64,000 nucleotides of DNA from Candidatus Latescibacterota bacterium (GTDB taxonomy: Bacteria; Latescibacterota; UBA2968; UBA8231): positions 3,488,001-3,552,000 of the forward strand of contig OY730476.1 of assembly GCA_963422735.1 (NCBI GenBank). The letters run 5' to 3'. The stretch's first letter is position 1. The number at the start of each line of letters is the position of its first letter. This document shows positions 47,446 to 56,845 of this stretch, piece by piece. The notes under the pieces are model-generated. The model was not told the origin of the DNA. It saw only the letters and a program-made list of their open reading frames with translations, and ran no database searches. The position numbers and the translations under genes were made by a program.

Positions 47446-49815
47446 CTACCTGCGGAAGAAGTTGCGGAAGTTGAGTCTTTTGTCTGAGAGACGGCCGGCA
47501 CCGGGCACGTACTGGCCGGTTCGAATATGGTCAATAGCGTACGCCGGGAATTCGACCCTGTACAGGCACTGGCCGCTGATTTCAAAGCCATCCCTCCAAA
47601 ATAAGAAGTCGAAGCTGTCGAAGCCGTATTTGAAGCGGTCGCCTTGGAGAACATTGGCATTGGCGGGATACACATGCACGAAGAACTGAACGTCGGGGGC
47701 TTCGCCTTTCGGTTCCTCTCCGCAGCCGTTCGTACCCTTGTTCACATACAACAGGCTATTCTGAGACCAGTACACGGTGTAGTCAGCGGAGTCTATTAGG
47801 ACGCGAGATTTTTTGCGATGGCTCATCCAATACTCCTGATATTCTGGGTTGGTGGCGGCCACCGTCTCGTACAGCTCGGCAAGTGCTCCGTGGATGAGCC
47901 AGTTTTCGGGTTCGCTCCGGACGGCTTGGGCGGCTTGGGCATCCACTAGGGCGAGCAGCTTCTTCGCCTCATTCCGGTGCATATAGATCCTTTGCCATTG
48001 CAGCACCACATTCTCGAAGAGAAGGGTGCGCGGGAGATTCGCCAGCGGCTCGAACTCGGCTGTGAGCCATTCGAAGTGTTCGACGACCTGATCGATGGTC
48101 TGATCTTCCACGCTCATAATTTCGTTCAAGCCGCTGGCCGTGGAGTGAATCGAGTGGTTGGCGTTCAGCCCTACTCCAACCAGCCCCACTGCTGCTAAGG
48201 CGAGAACAGCGCGGGCCCAGTGCCCGACGGCGACCTTTCGGCCAAGCCGGTCGATCCGAGAGGAAATCGACAGTCGAATCCAGCTCTTCTCGCGGCTATT
48301 CTGCGCTTCTAGGTTGGCGACGAAGGCGAGCAGTAGAATGTATTGCAAGGAGCCAGTGGTGGTGTCGAATAGGACCTGTTTTTGCACGAAGTATCCTGCC
48401 AGTGCCGCGCCCACAAATAAAATCAGGGTCTGGTCCTTGGATTCCGCTCCTTTGGCGGCGCGCAGCGCGGCGTAGAACAGGAATCCCCATAAGGCGAGAT
48501 ATCCGAGCAGACCAAGCGTTCCTGTCGTCGCAAGTACCTCGACGAGCTTGGCGTGTGCATAGTCGTGAATCTCTATGTCGACCTCTCCCTTGATATACCG
48601 GCCGAAGACGACAATGAAATTTTCCGGCCCCCAGCCGAGCAGAGGCCTGTCGGCGAAGCCCGCGAGGCCCGACTCCCAGGCCACTATGCGGGCACTAGCA
48701 CTCTCAGCGGCAGTTCGCTTGGGTGCATTTTCGTATGAGCCTACTCTGGACGCGACCATTTTCCCCAAGCGCTTTAGCAATACATTCGAGGATGATCTCA
48801 GATCGCCAAACGGCAGAGACAGAATCAATGCCAGCAGGATCGCGCAGCTAAGGAAACCTGTCGCACCATCAGCGACGCGCTGCACAGGTCTCGAGTGCGC
48901 TAGGTACGAGTACGCCGCTGCCAGAAACGCCAAGGCCATGCCGAGACCGGCGAGTCCCCCTAACGAGCCACTCAGGAAGAGGACCCACAGGCTGAGCAGG
49001 GCCGTGGTCCCCCAGAACAGCCTCGCGGCCCAAAGCATGTCGGGAGAATTCTTTCCGGCTGGCGGTACTTGTTGTCGGCGTCGTTTGCCGCGTTTTTCGG
49101 GCAAAGGTGCCGGCGCGGTCGGGGCCGCGGGAACGAACGACCGCGCCAAGAACCCGACGGCGACCACGAGGTGTACTAGCATGTACGCGCTGAGGTAGGT
49201 TGAATTGCCGAGGGTACCCAATGCCCGCCTATCCATATCGAAGCCGGGGGGCGGCCTCTGCGTCGCCGGGATATCCGGGTAGATCACCAAAATATCCGAG
49301 TAGAACGGCAGACGCACACCGTGGTTGAGCGCGATGACTAGCAGGGCCATGGCCAGGCCGCCGCCGAGATTGAGGTTTAGCAGCAACCGCCACTGGCTCG
49401 GCGTGCGGACCACGGATACCAGCACGACAGCAAGCGCGAACCAGTGCGCCTGATCCACCAAGCCCTGCATCCGTTCATAATTCGACCACAAGCTGCGCTG
49501 CATGCTGACGCCGAAACATGCCGCCAGCACCGAGATGCCCAGCACGACGGCGAGCAGGATCAACAGCCGGGAGCGCGGCGGTCGATACGCAGGATTGAAC
49601 AGGGCCAGTAGGGCCCAGCAGCCGACGACGATCTCGATCAGCGTGCGCGAGAACAGGGCCTTGCCGACCACAAAGGGAAAAATGGTTTCGGGCGTGACGA
49701 TAAAGGGCGTGACGAGGATCAGAGCGAAGCCCGCCCAGACGACGGCGAGCAGGACTTGCTCCGGCCGGCGAAGCGAGGCCGCCAGACCAGAGCTGTGTTT
49801 AGTCGTGGTTCCCAT
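47446..49815 (-). CDS. O-antigen ligase-family (Wzy_C) membrane protein with TPR-like and extra C-terminal domains
   Basis: About 12 TM helices; GTLGNSTYL, SARIVAW...RPLLGWGPENF...DYAH..VEVLATTG; C-terminal FFVHVYP...GFDSFDF...IRTGQY domain. Confidence 0.85.
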   Translation of the reverse strand: MGTTTKHSSGLAASLRRPEQVLLAVVWAGFALILVTPFIVTPETIFPFVVGKALFSRTLIEIVVGCWALLALFNPAYRPPRSRLLILLAVVLGISVLAACFGVSMQRSLWSNYERMQGLVDQAHWFALAVVLVSVVRTPSQWRLLLNLNLGGGLAMALLVIALNHGVRLPFYSDILVIYPDIPATQRPPPGFDMDRRALGTLGNSTYLSAYMLVHLVVAVGFLARSFVPAAPTAPAPLPEKRGKRRRQQVPPAGKNSPDMLWAARLFWGTTALLSLWVLFLSGSLGGLAGLGMALAFLAAAYSYLAHSRPVQRVADGATGFLSCAILLALILSLPFGDLRSSSNVLLKRLGKMVASRVGSYENAPKRTAAESASARIVAWESGLAGFADRPLLGWGPENFIVVFGRYIKGEVDIEIHDYAHAKLVEVLATTGTLGLLGYLALWGFLFYAALRAAKGAESKDQTLILFVGAALAGYFVQKQVLFDTTTGSLQYILLLAFVANLEAQNSREKSWIRLSISSRIDRLGRKVAVGHWARAVLALAAVGLVGVGLNANHSIHSTASGLNEIMSVEDQTIDQVVEHFEWLTAEFEPLANLPRTLLFENVVLQWQRIYMHRNEAKKLLALVDAQAAQAVRSEPENWLIHGALAELYETVAATNPEYQEYWMSHRKKSRVLIDSADYTVYWSQNSLLYVNKGTNGCGEEPKGEAPDVQFFVHVYPANANVLQGDRFKYGFDSFDFLFWRDGFEISGQCLYRVEFPAYAIDHIRTGQYVPGAGRLSDKRLNFRNFFRR

Positions 49816-50061
49816 GATTCCGTCGTGCTGGGATTACCTGTGGGACGCAGTGCTTCTTCGGCCGGATCCGCGTCGGCACCTCGTCGAGGCCCGAGCACTC
49901 CAGCGGCGGAACGCGGTAGCGGTCTGCCGGGACGAGTGGCATTCGCACCTTGCATGCCCCACACCGTGCCGTGCGGAAAGGCGGTCCGGACGAGGTCCCG
50001 ATCGCCCGCCGGCAGGGGCAGGAACGGCCTCCTTCCGGCTTTCCCCAGTTGCTTTGCGCCG

Positions 50062-51447
50062 TCATCTCTTGGCCCCGAGCCCCAGCGCGGACCGGCCTGC
50101 GGCCCACAGGAAGCTGGCGTCGTTGCGCCGCGGCAGCCAGACCGAGGACCAAGCCATTCGAGTCCCTGTGTGGAACGCGATCGCGAGAAGGAGGAAACGG
50201 CACAGCATGCCGAAGGTCATGGCCCAGGCGGCCGCTTCGACTCCGAGCCCTGGGTACAGCGCGAGAAGCGCGCAGAGATTGACGCAAAGCCCTAGGAAAA
50301 CCGCACACGAACAAACATGGGGCAGGTTGGTGCCCTTGAAGTGGGTCATGAATATCCCGGAGAGGGCGTATGCCAGTATGCCGGGCGCGATGATCCACAG
50401 CAACGGGACGGCCGGCAGGAAGGCTTCGGAAAGCGCCAGACGGACCAGCGGTGTGCTGAGCGCGAGAAAGGCGAGGAGGGGAACGACAGTTGCTACGCCG
50501 ACCAAGCGCAGGCAGAGTGCTACCAGCTCGGTGCGCTCTAGGTAGGCGACTCGGGGGAACAAGGCGCTGCCGATGGAATTGGAGACTAGGTTGAATCCTA
50601 GCATCAGCGTGCTGACTGCGGAGAACAGCCCGATTTCGGCTGTGCTCGCGAGCAGTCCCAGAACCACCACGCTGCTCTGGAACTCGACAGCGCTGCCGAC
50701 GCTGGCAGGATGATATTTCAGGCCGTAGCCGACAATACAGGTGAAATGCCGGCGGCTGGGCCACTCCAAGGTCAGCCCACAGTGCCGCCGCAGGTAGAGC
50801 AGGCAGACGGCGAACATGAGGCCGCGCGCGGCGGCGAAGGCGATGACGGCACCATTGACCCCCAAGCCTAAGTGCCAGACGAAAACCAGAATCATTAGCA
50901 CATTCGCCGCGAGGCGGAGCAGTGCCAAGAAAGACAGGCACCGGAAGCGCCGGAGCGCGACCAACTGGTGATCGAGTGCCAGGGAGAGGACCGTGAGGGG
51001 AATCAGCAGGAGGGACAGCAAGAAGGAGGGAGTCTCCGCCTGCTGGAAGAAAGCGATCTCGCTGTGGATGAGCGGGATGGCCAAGGCCGCGGCCAAGCCG
51101 CCCCCGACAAGACCGATCATCAGGGCGGAGGACACCGCTTGCGAGACGCTCATCTGCCTAGCCGCGACGAAATACTGTGCGCCCTGTAGCGCACCGGGAG
51201 TAAACAGCAGCCCGAACAAAGTCCCAAACGCGATGCAGACCGCATAGGCACCCCTCCCTTCAGGAAGGAGCATATAGGCGAGAATCCCCTGAACCAGAAG
51301 AGTCAGAGCGGCCGTGCCGACTAGGGTGGCAAACATCACGGACACGTCCTGCCCGCCGGTGGTGTCCGGGACTTTCAGCGCATCTGCCGCTCTTGGCTGC
51401 GATTCAAAGGTGCGCTTGAAAGGGGGTTCAGTTGGGGGAGCAAGCAT
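50062..51447 (-). CDS. Oligosaccharide flippase (Wzx-like)
   Basis: About 12 TM; LLPEGRGAY, EIGLFSAV, LYPGLGVEAAAWA; alternative start 51336. Confidence 0.85.
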   Translation of the reverse strand: MLAPPTEPPFKRTFESQPRAADALKVPDTTGGQDVSVMFATLVGTAALTLLVQGILAYMLLPEGRGAYAVCIAFGTLFGLLFTPGALQGAQYFVAARQMSVSQAVSSALMIGLVGGGLAAALAIPLIHSEIAFFQQAETPSFLLSLLLIPLTVLSLALDHQLVALRRFRCLSFLALLRLAANVLMILVFVWHLGLGVNGAVIAFAAARGLMFAVCLLYLRRHCGLTLEWPSRRHFTCIVGYGLKYHPASVGSAVEFQSSVVVLGLLASTAEIGLFSAVSTLMLGFNLVSNSIGSALFPRVAYLERTELVALCLRLVGVATVVPLLAFLALSTPLVRLALSEAFLPAVPLLWIIAPGILAYALSGIFMTHFKGTNLPHVCSCAVFLGLCVNLCALLALYPGLGVEAAAWAMTFGMLCRFLLLAIAFHTGTRMAWSSVWLPRRNDASFLWAAGRSALGLGAKR

Positions 51448-51455
51448 ATAAATCC

Positions 51456-52460
51456 TTACTTTGTAAGACGCCCCGGCCAGAAGAAGCCAAACCCCCAGCA
51501 CAGATGCATGACTGCCAGAACTAGCGGAAGCAGTGCGGCCGCCGAGTCACCCCGCCGACATCCCACGATCGCAGACCCAACCACGAGCATCGGAACGTAA
51601 GCAGACAGCAGTGCGGCCAGCAGCCACGGGAAGCCGACCGCCGCCAGCACCGCCCCGGCCGTTAGACCCAGCGCCAGACCGGGAGCGGCAAGCTGTCGGG
51701 GTTGAACCGACCCCGGATGCTTCATAAGCACCACCGACTTCCATCGACCATAATCGAAGTACTGCCGCGCCAGCGCCCAGAGCCTGCCTCGGGGCCTGTA
51801 ATTCACCACCAGTTCGGGGTCGAACCATATAGTCTTCCCGCGCTTTCGCAGTCGGTAGTTGAGTTCGTAGTCCTGGTTTCGGGTCAGGGTGACGTCATAG
51901 CCCCCTATCTCGTCCAGCGTCTCCCGTCGGAACGAACCGAGGAATGCAGTATCGCTGGGTCCCTCCTCTCCCCCTAGACGATGGCGAGAATTGCCCACCC
52001 CCAGCGGCGTGGTCATGGCTATTGCCACGGTCCGCTCGAAAAAGGTGATTCCCACCGCTTGCTGACGGCCGCCCACATTCGCGGCCCCGGTTCGCTCCAG
52101 CGTTTCTACAGCGCGGCCCACGTACTCGGGCGGAAACACCGTATGCGCGTCACATCGCACCACGATGTCTCCGGTCGCCACCCGAAACCCGGCGTTGCAT
52201 CCGTAGCCGAGCGTTTTTTCCGGGTTGGGAATCAACTTCACTTGCGGGTAAGAGCGGCGGATAAGATCGGACATGGCGGGGGTATCGGAGCCATCGGCGA
52301 CTATGATCTCTATCCCTCCGGCATAGTCTTGGGACAACAGCCCATCGAGCGCGGAGGCGATAGTCGCTTCCGAGTTGCGGGCTGGAATGATGACCGATAC
52401 GCTGGGGAGATGAGAGGAGGAGCCACCAGATATCGAGGTCTGTCGATTCGAAGTGCTCAT
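51456..52460 (-). CDS. GT2 glycosyltransferase (ExoA-like)
   Basis: VSVIIPARN, DGSD, RCDAH, NQDYELNYRL, QYFDYGRW. Confidence 0.92.
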   Translation of the reverse strand: MSTSNRQTSISGGSSSHLPSVSVIIPARNSEATIASALDGLLSQDYAGGIEIIVADGSDTPAMSDLIRRSYPQVKLIPNPEKTLGYGCNAGFRVATGDIVVRCDAHTVFPPEYVGRAVETLERTGAANVGGRQQAVGITFFERTVAIAMTTPLGVGNSRHRLGGEEGPSDTAFLGSFRRETLDEIGGYDVTLTRNQDYELNYRLRKRGKTIWFDPELVVNYRPRGRLWALARQYFDYGRWKSVVLMKHPGSVQPRQLAAPGLALGLTAGAVLAAVGFPWLLAALLSAYVPMLVVGSAIVGCRRGDSAAALLPLVLAVMHLCWGFGFFWPGRLTK

Positions 52461-52544
52461 GTATTATCCTATCTTATGCACCTGTTCCCGCTTGCGAAAG
52501 GACAAGTGGGGGCATGACGGGGCTGGTCGGGTTCGTTGCTCGTT

Positions 52545-55500
52545 TCATCGGCCAGGTTTACGCGGGGCTAGGGACAGACGTTGCGCGGAAGGTTCGCCAC
52601 CCGCACCCTCAGACCCCAGCGCACAGCTCAGGCCGGCCAGAAACATGAACGCCCCGAAGGTGAGCAGATCATGATAGTTTACGCCAAACAAGGCCATGAT
52701 CACCGCCCAGCCGACGGCGACATCTCGCGCTAGGGAGCGCGGCGCGGTCCAGCGCAGTCGGAGTAAAAAGAAAAGAAACAGGCAGTAGAGCACCAACGGC
52801 GCAATGCCGGCTTCGCCGAGCAGCATCAGGTACAGATTGTGGATGCCCTCCGGGGATCCCTGCGCATTCTTCAGGTTGCCGGCGAGGCTCTGAGCCGTCG
52901 CCAGACCGCTGCCGACGAAAGGCGATTCTAGCCCCTCTTCGAGGTACTCCTTCCAAATGGAAAAGCGACGAGATGTCAGCACGGCGGTCTGGAGGCTGAA
53001 GTTGTTGCCGGTGAGGCGCAGCGCGAGGTCCTCGCGTATCAGCTCGGGCGGAAAGGGGTCGGTCAGCAGGTTGCTTTCAAGTGCCAGCGTGTTCAGATTG
53101 ACCAGTCTGTCTAGCTCCGGCGGGACGGTGCCGGTGAGTTGGTTTCGGCTCAGGCGCAGCGTGACGAGCTGATCCAAACCGCCGAATTCCGGGGGAATGC
53201 GGCCGTTTAGTCCCTGCTCCGCCAAGTCCAACCTGACCACCTGCCCTGTGCCGCCCACAGTGACGCCCTGCCAGAAGCCGATGGGAACGTACACGCTCCA
53301 GTTGAGGGGCTGGTCGCCGGCTATGATGTCTCTGGCCGTTAGCAAAATCTCGCAGTCGGCCAGCAGGCCCGAGCTAATGGTCGTATGCGAGTCCAGACAC
53401 AACGTTTCGTTTGTCAGGTCTTGGCCGGCAATGCCGAACAGCGCCAACGGAGAGGGGCCAGTCAGGTCGTTGTCCGCCAGCCACAATCCTTGGAGCTTCT
53501 CCAGCTTGCCCAGCTCGGGCGGGATGGTGCCGCTCAGGGCGTTGGTAGTGAGCGACAGTACCTGCAAGTTGGCCAGCTTGCCCAGTTCGGGCGGAATCGG
53601 ACCGGTCAGCCAATTGTTAGCTAGGCGCAGTAGGACAAGCTGGTCGAGGTCGCCAAGCTGCGGGGGAATGCGGCCGTTCAAGTCCATCCCCGGCAGGTTC
53701 AGCGCGACCACCCGTTCTGATGGGCTGCCCACGATGACGCCTTGCCAAGAACCAATGGGAATATCCTCGCTCCAGTTGAGGGACTGGTCGCCAGCCAAGG
53801 CGTCTCTGGCCGCCAGCAGCACATTGCAATCGGCTAGCAAGCCCGTATTGACCTGCCCTACCTGACAGAACGTACCGCGGGCGAAGTCGGATTTGACAAA
53901 CTCCACCCCTGTCAGCGAGCTGCGATGGGGATCTCCAGTTATGAGGCCGAAGGCCTGCCCCCCGAAGGCTTCTAGCTTGGGCGGAACGGAGCCGGTCAGG
54001 CGGTTTTCCGCCAACCACAAGTCCGTGAGCTTCTCCAGCTTGTCCAGTTCGGGCGGGATGGTGCCGCTCAGGACGTTGGCACCGAGCGACAGCACCTGCA
54101 AGTTGGCCAGCTTGCCCAGTTCGGGCGGAATCGGACCGGTCAGCCGATTGGTGGCCAATAACAGCAGGGTGAGTTGGTCGAGGTCGCCAAGCTGCGGGGG
54201 AATGCGGCCATTCAAGCCCATCCCCGGCAAGCCCAGACCGACCACCCGGACCGGGGGTACATTGCCCACGATGACGCCCTGCCAGAAGCCAATAGGGATA
54301 TCCTCGCTCCAGTTGAGGGGCTGGTCGCCAGCCAAGGCGTCTCTGGCCGCCAGTAGCACATTGCAATCGGCGAGCAAGCCCGTATTGACCTGTCCTACCT
54401 GGCAAAACAGGTTTTCGGCAGAGACGACTTCGATATTAGCAGACGCGGGCAGGGGAATCCGGAGCCGCTCGGCACCAGCGGCGACATCGACTTCAGTCGG
54501 TTCCCGCAGGGGAATATAGGGCTGCTTGGCAACAACGGTGGCATCGACTAAGGGGGCAAATTTTTCCAGCGCGGGCGGGAGAGTTCCGGTCAGGTAATTG
54601 TTCGCCAGCCACAGGTTTTTGAGGTTTTTCAGGTTGGCTAACTCGGGCGGGAGAGTTCCGGTCAAGTGATTGTTGGTCAGGCGCAGCGTTGCGAGTTGGT
54701 CGAGGTCGCCAAGCTGCGGGGGAATGCGGCCGTTCAAGCCCATCCCCGGCAGGCTCAGCTCGGTCACCCGCCCCTGCGGACCGTCCACGCGAACACCCTG
54801 CCAGACGTCGATGGGAACGACTCTGCTCCAGTTGAGGGGCGCGTCGCCGGCTAGGGTGTCTCTGGCCCCCAGCAGAATCTCACAGTCGGCCAGCAGACCC
54901 GGGCTGGTCTGCGGCAGCGGCAGGCAGAACTCGAAGCGGTTCAGGTCGCGACCCAGGGTCAGATCGCGCAGCGGCCACAAGCCACTGGCTACGGTCGCGT
55001 ACCAGGCAGAGCCGACTAGGCCCATAGCAACCGAACCGAGGAAAAAGAGGTTCCATTTGCGCCCGCCATTGCACAGCGGTAGGAAAACCAGAATCCCGCA
55101 CACCACCAAGAGGGCGGTTCTGGAAAACGACACCATGGCCGCGACACAGCCCACGGCCAAGCCAAAATAGCCGAACCTGCCCTGCCTGCTGTGCGCCAGC
55201 AGTGCCAGCACCAGCACCACTGTCATGCAGCCTATGAAGCCCGCGTCATTCGGGTCGGTGAAGGCGCCGCTCAAGCGAAAGGGCAGTCTGAAGGTCAGCA
55301 GTATGTCCCAATAACGCAGCAGCGGCGTGGCCAGCACGACGAGACAGCTTGCGAGCAGGATCGCCAGCACCCCCTTGAGCAAGGACTCGGCTCCGGTTCG
55401 CGCCAGAATCATGCGGCCGCCGAGCAGGGCCGCCAGCAGCACGAGGAGGAAGAAGATTTGGCGCAGGATGTCTTTGCCCGTAGCCAGCCGCCATTGCGCG

Positions 55501-55829
55501 TCCGTGATGAATAAGGCAGCGGTGCCGATGACCAGATAGGCCGCTATCGCGGCGCAGATCAATACGCCGGGCGTTTCCAGTATCTCCTGCCATCGGGTGC
55601 CGCTCAGACCCAGCAGGATCAGACAACAGACGAGCATGAAGCCGTAGCCGACCTCCCGCATCGCCGGCATCCCCCATAGATGCAGCCAGTGCAGATTGAC
55701 CAGAACGATGGCGGTTAGCCCCCAAAAAGCGTATGGGGCTAACCGGAGCCAGGGAGGCTCGGGGTGCCGCCCCGACGATCCGGCACCCCGGATCCTGAAG
55801 CGTTTCTCTTTCGGTCGGTCGGGTGTCAT
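52545..55829 (-). CDS. O-antigen ligase/polymerase-family protein with four inserted plant-type LRR modules
   Basis: N-terminal TMs with RLSGAFTDPNDAG and SFSRTA; about 640 aa of LRRs; then RRFSIW...PFVGSG...HNLYLMLLGEAG plus TMs. Confidence 0.9.
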   Translation of the reverse strand: MTPDRPKEKRFRIRGAGSSGRHPEPPWLRLAPYAFWGLTAIVLVNLHWLHLWGMPAMREVGYGFMLVCCLILLGLSGTRWQEILETPGVLICAAIAAYLVIGTAALFITDAQWRLATGKDILRQIFFLLVLLAALLGGRMILARTGAESLLKGVLAILLASCLVVLATPLLRYWDILLTFRLPFRLSGAFTDPNDAGFIGCMTVVLVLALLAHSRQGRFGYFGLAVGCVAAMVSFSRTALLVVCGILVFLPLCNGGRKWNLFFLGSVAMGLVGSAWYATVASGLWPLRDLTLGRDLNRFEFCLPLPQTSPGLLADCEILLGARDTLAGDAPLNWSRVVPIDVWQGVRVDGPQGRVTELSLPGMGLNGRIPPQLGDLDQLATLRLTNNHLTGTLPPELANLKNLKNLWLANNYLTGTLPPALEKFAPLVDATVVAKQPYIPLREPTEVDVAAGAERLRIPLPASANIEVVSAENLFCQVGQVNTGLLADCNVLLAARDALAGDQPLNWSEDIPIGFWQGVIVGNVPPVRVVGLGLPGMGLNGRIPPQLGDLDQLTLLLLATNRLTGPIPPELGKLANLQVLSLGANVLSGTIPPELDKLEKLTDLWLAENRLTGSVPPKLEAFGGQAFGLITGDPHRSSLTGVEFVKSDFARGTFCQVGQVNTGLLADCNVLLAARDALAGDQSLNWSEDIPIGSWQGVIVGSPSERVVALNLPGMDLNGRIPPQLGDLDQLVLLRLANNWLTGPIPPELGKLANLQVLSLTTNALSGTIPPELGKLEKLQGLWLADNDLTGPSPLALFGIAGQDLTNETLCLDSHTTISSGLLADCEILLTARDIIAGDQPLNWSVYVPIGFWQGVTVGGTGQVVRLDLAEQGLNGRIPPEFGGLDQLVTLRLSRNQLTGTVPPELDRLVNLNTLALESNLLTDPFPPELIREDLALRLTGNNFSLQTAVLTSRRFSIWKEYLEEGLESPFVGSGLATAQSLAGNLKNAQGSPEGIHNLYLMLLGEAGIAPLVLYCLFLFFLLRLRWTAPRSLARDVAVGWAVIMALFGVNYHDLLTFGAFMFLAGLSCALGSEGAGGEPSAQRLSLAPRKPGR
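52995..54930 (-). repeat. Four LRR modules (C..GLLADC..LL.ARD.LAG...LNWS...W.GV cap plus 24-aa L.G.IPP.L repeats)
   Basis: Modules 2 (about 53975-54410) and 3 (about 53455-53870) are highly similar at the DNA level. Confidence 0.9.
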
Positions 55830-56005
55830 CCGGATGAACCCGGGGCGGAGATCGTCTTCACGGGGCAGCGAAGATGTTCAACAAAATTGTGCAGCGTCAG
55901 GACGAATCCTCCCATCCCCTATCTTGTAGTTAGAAGCCTTTCTTTGCTTGCATGGGCGAGCCTATTTCTCCGCAATCAGTCTGATGTTCAGAAGCATCGG
56001 ACCTA

Positions 56006-56815
56006 TTAGCAAGTGGCGCTGGCGCGCCAGCCAATGATCGAGGCGACCGGGCAAGTCCCGATAGCGTTTTCCACGCTCCGCACCAGGCCTACTCGGCAAC
56101 GAAAGTGCCATCGGGGAATCCCGACCACGGCGCGGAGGCGTCGGAAACCGATGTCGCGGAACATGGTCTCCACCTCGCCGTAGGTGTACTCTTTCAAGTG
56201 AAATCCGGTCGCAATGGTATCGAAGTATCGTGAAACGTCACAGGGACCGCGGAGCCGATTCGGCGTACTACAGAAATAGTGCCCGCCAGGCTTGAGCACC
56301 TTGTAAACATTGTGAAAGTGTTCTACGGAGTCGTCGGGATGCAAATGCTCCAGAAGCTGATCGCTGAAGGCAAGGTCGATGGTCTTCGGCGGAACCGGGA
56401 TGCTGACGCCATCCGAGAGCACGAATTTCAGATTCCCCTCCGGGGCCGCGCGTGATCTCAAAGCAAAGGTCACATCAACGGCATAGACCTGCCTGACGCG
56501 GTTCGCAACGCGCCGGCTCAGGGCACCTCCACCCGCCCCGATTTCCAAGAAGGTCATATCGGGCCCAAGCATGGGTTCGAGCCAGCGCATTTGCCCAAGC
56601 ACGTTCCGGCGCTCCACGTCCGGGTTGTCCCGCTCCAGGACCTGGGGATGATCGGGAACACGGGCAAATAGCTCATCGTACACGGCTGAATAGAGCACCC
56701 GCCGTTCCGGCTTGCTCGCGTTCTTAAGTTTGGTGGCAAGCACTTTTTCGATCTCATAGTGCTCACGGATGTGGTCCTTTGATCGTTTCTTGGTAAAATA
56801 GTTAGGGAATATCAT
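56006..56815 (-). CDS. Class I SAM-dependent methyltransferase
   Basis: LEIGAGGG, QLLEHL, VLKPGG...STPN, HLKEYT; the C-terminus may be eroded. Confidence 0.88.
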   Translation of the reverse strand: MIFPNYFTKKRSKDHIREHYEIEKVLATKLKNASKPERRVLYSAVYDELFARVPDHPQVLERDNPDVERRNVLGQMRWLEPMLGPDMTFLEIGAGGGALSRRVANRVRQVYAVDVTFALRSRAAPEGNLKFVLSDGVSIPVPPKTIDLAFSDQLLEHLHPDDSVEHFHNVYKVLKPGGHYFCSTPNRLRGPCDVSRYFDTIATGFHLKEYTYGEVETMFRDIGFRRLRAVVGIPRWHFRCRVGLVRSVENAIGTCPVASIIGWRASATC

Positions 56816-56845
56816 TTAGTCGCTCGGTGCGGAGTCCGTATTCAC

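Noticed and set aside
49912-49923. ops/JUMPstart-like GCGGTAGC
   Set aside because: It lies on the strand opposite to the polysaccharide genes and is only a partial match.
49799-50941. 380-aa and 347-aa ORFs overlapping the flippase and ligase
   Set aside because: Arg/Pro-rich off-frame or antisense translations of real genes.
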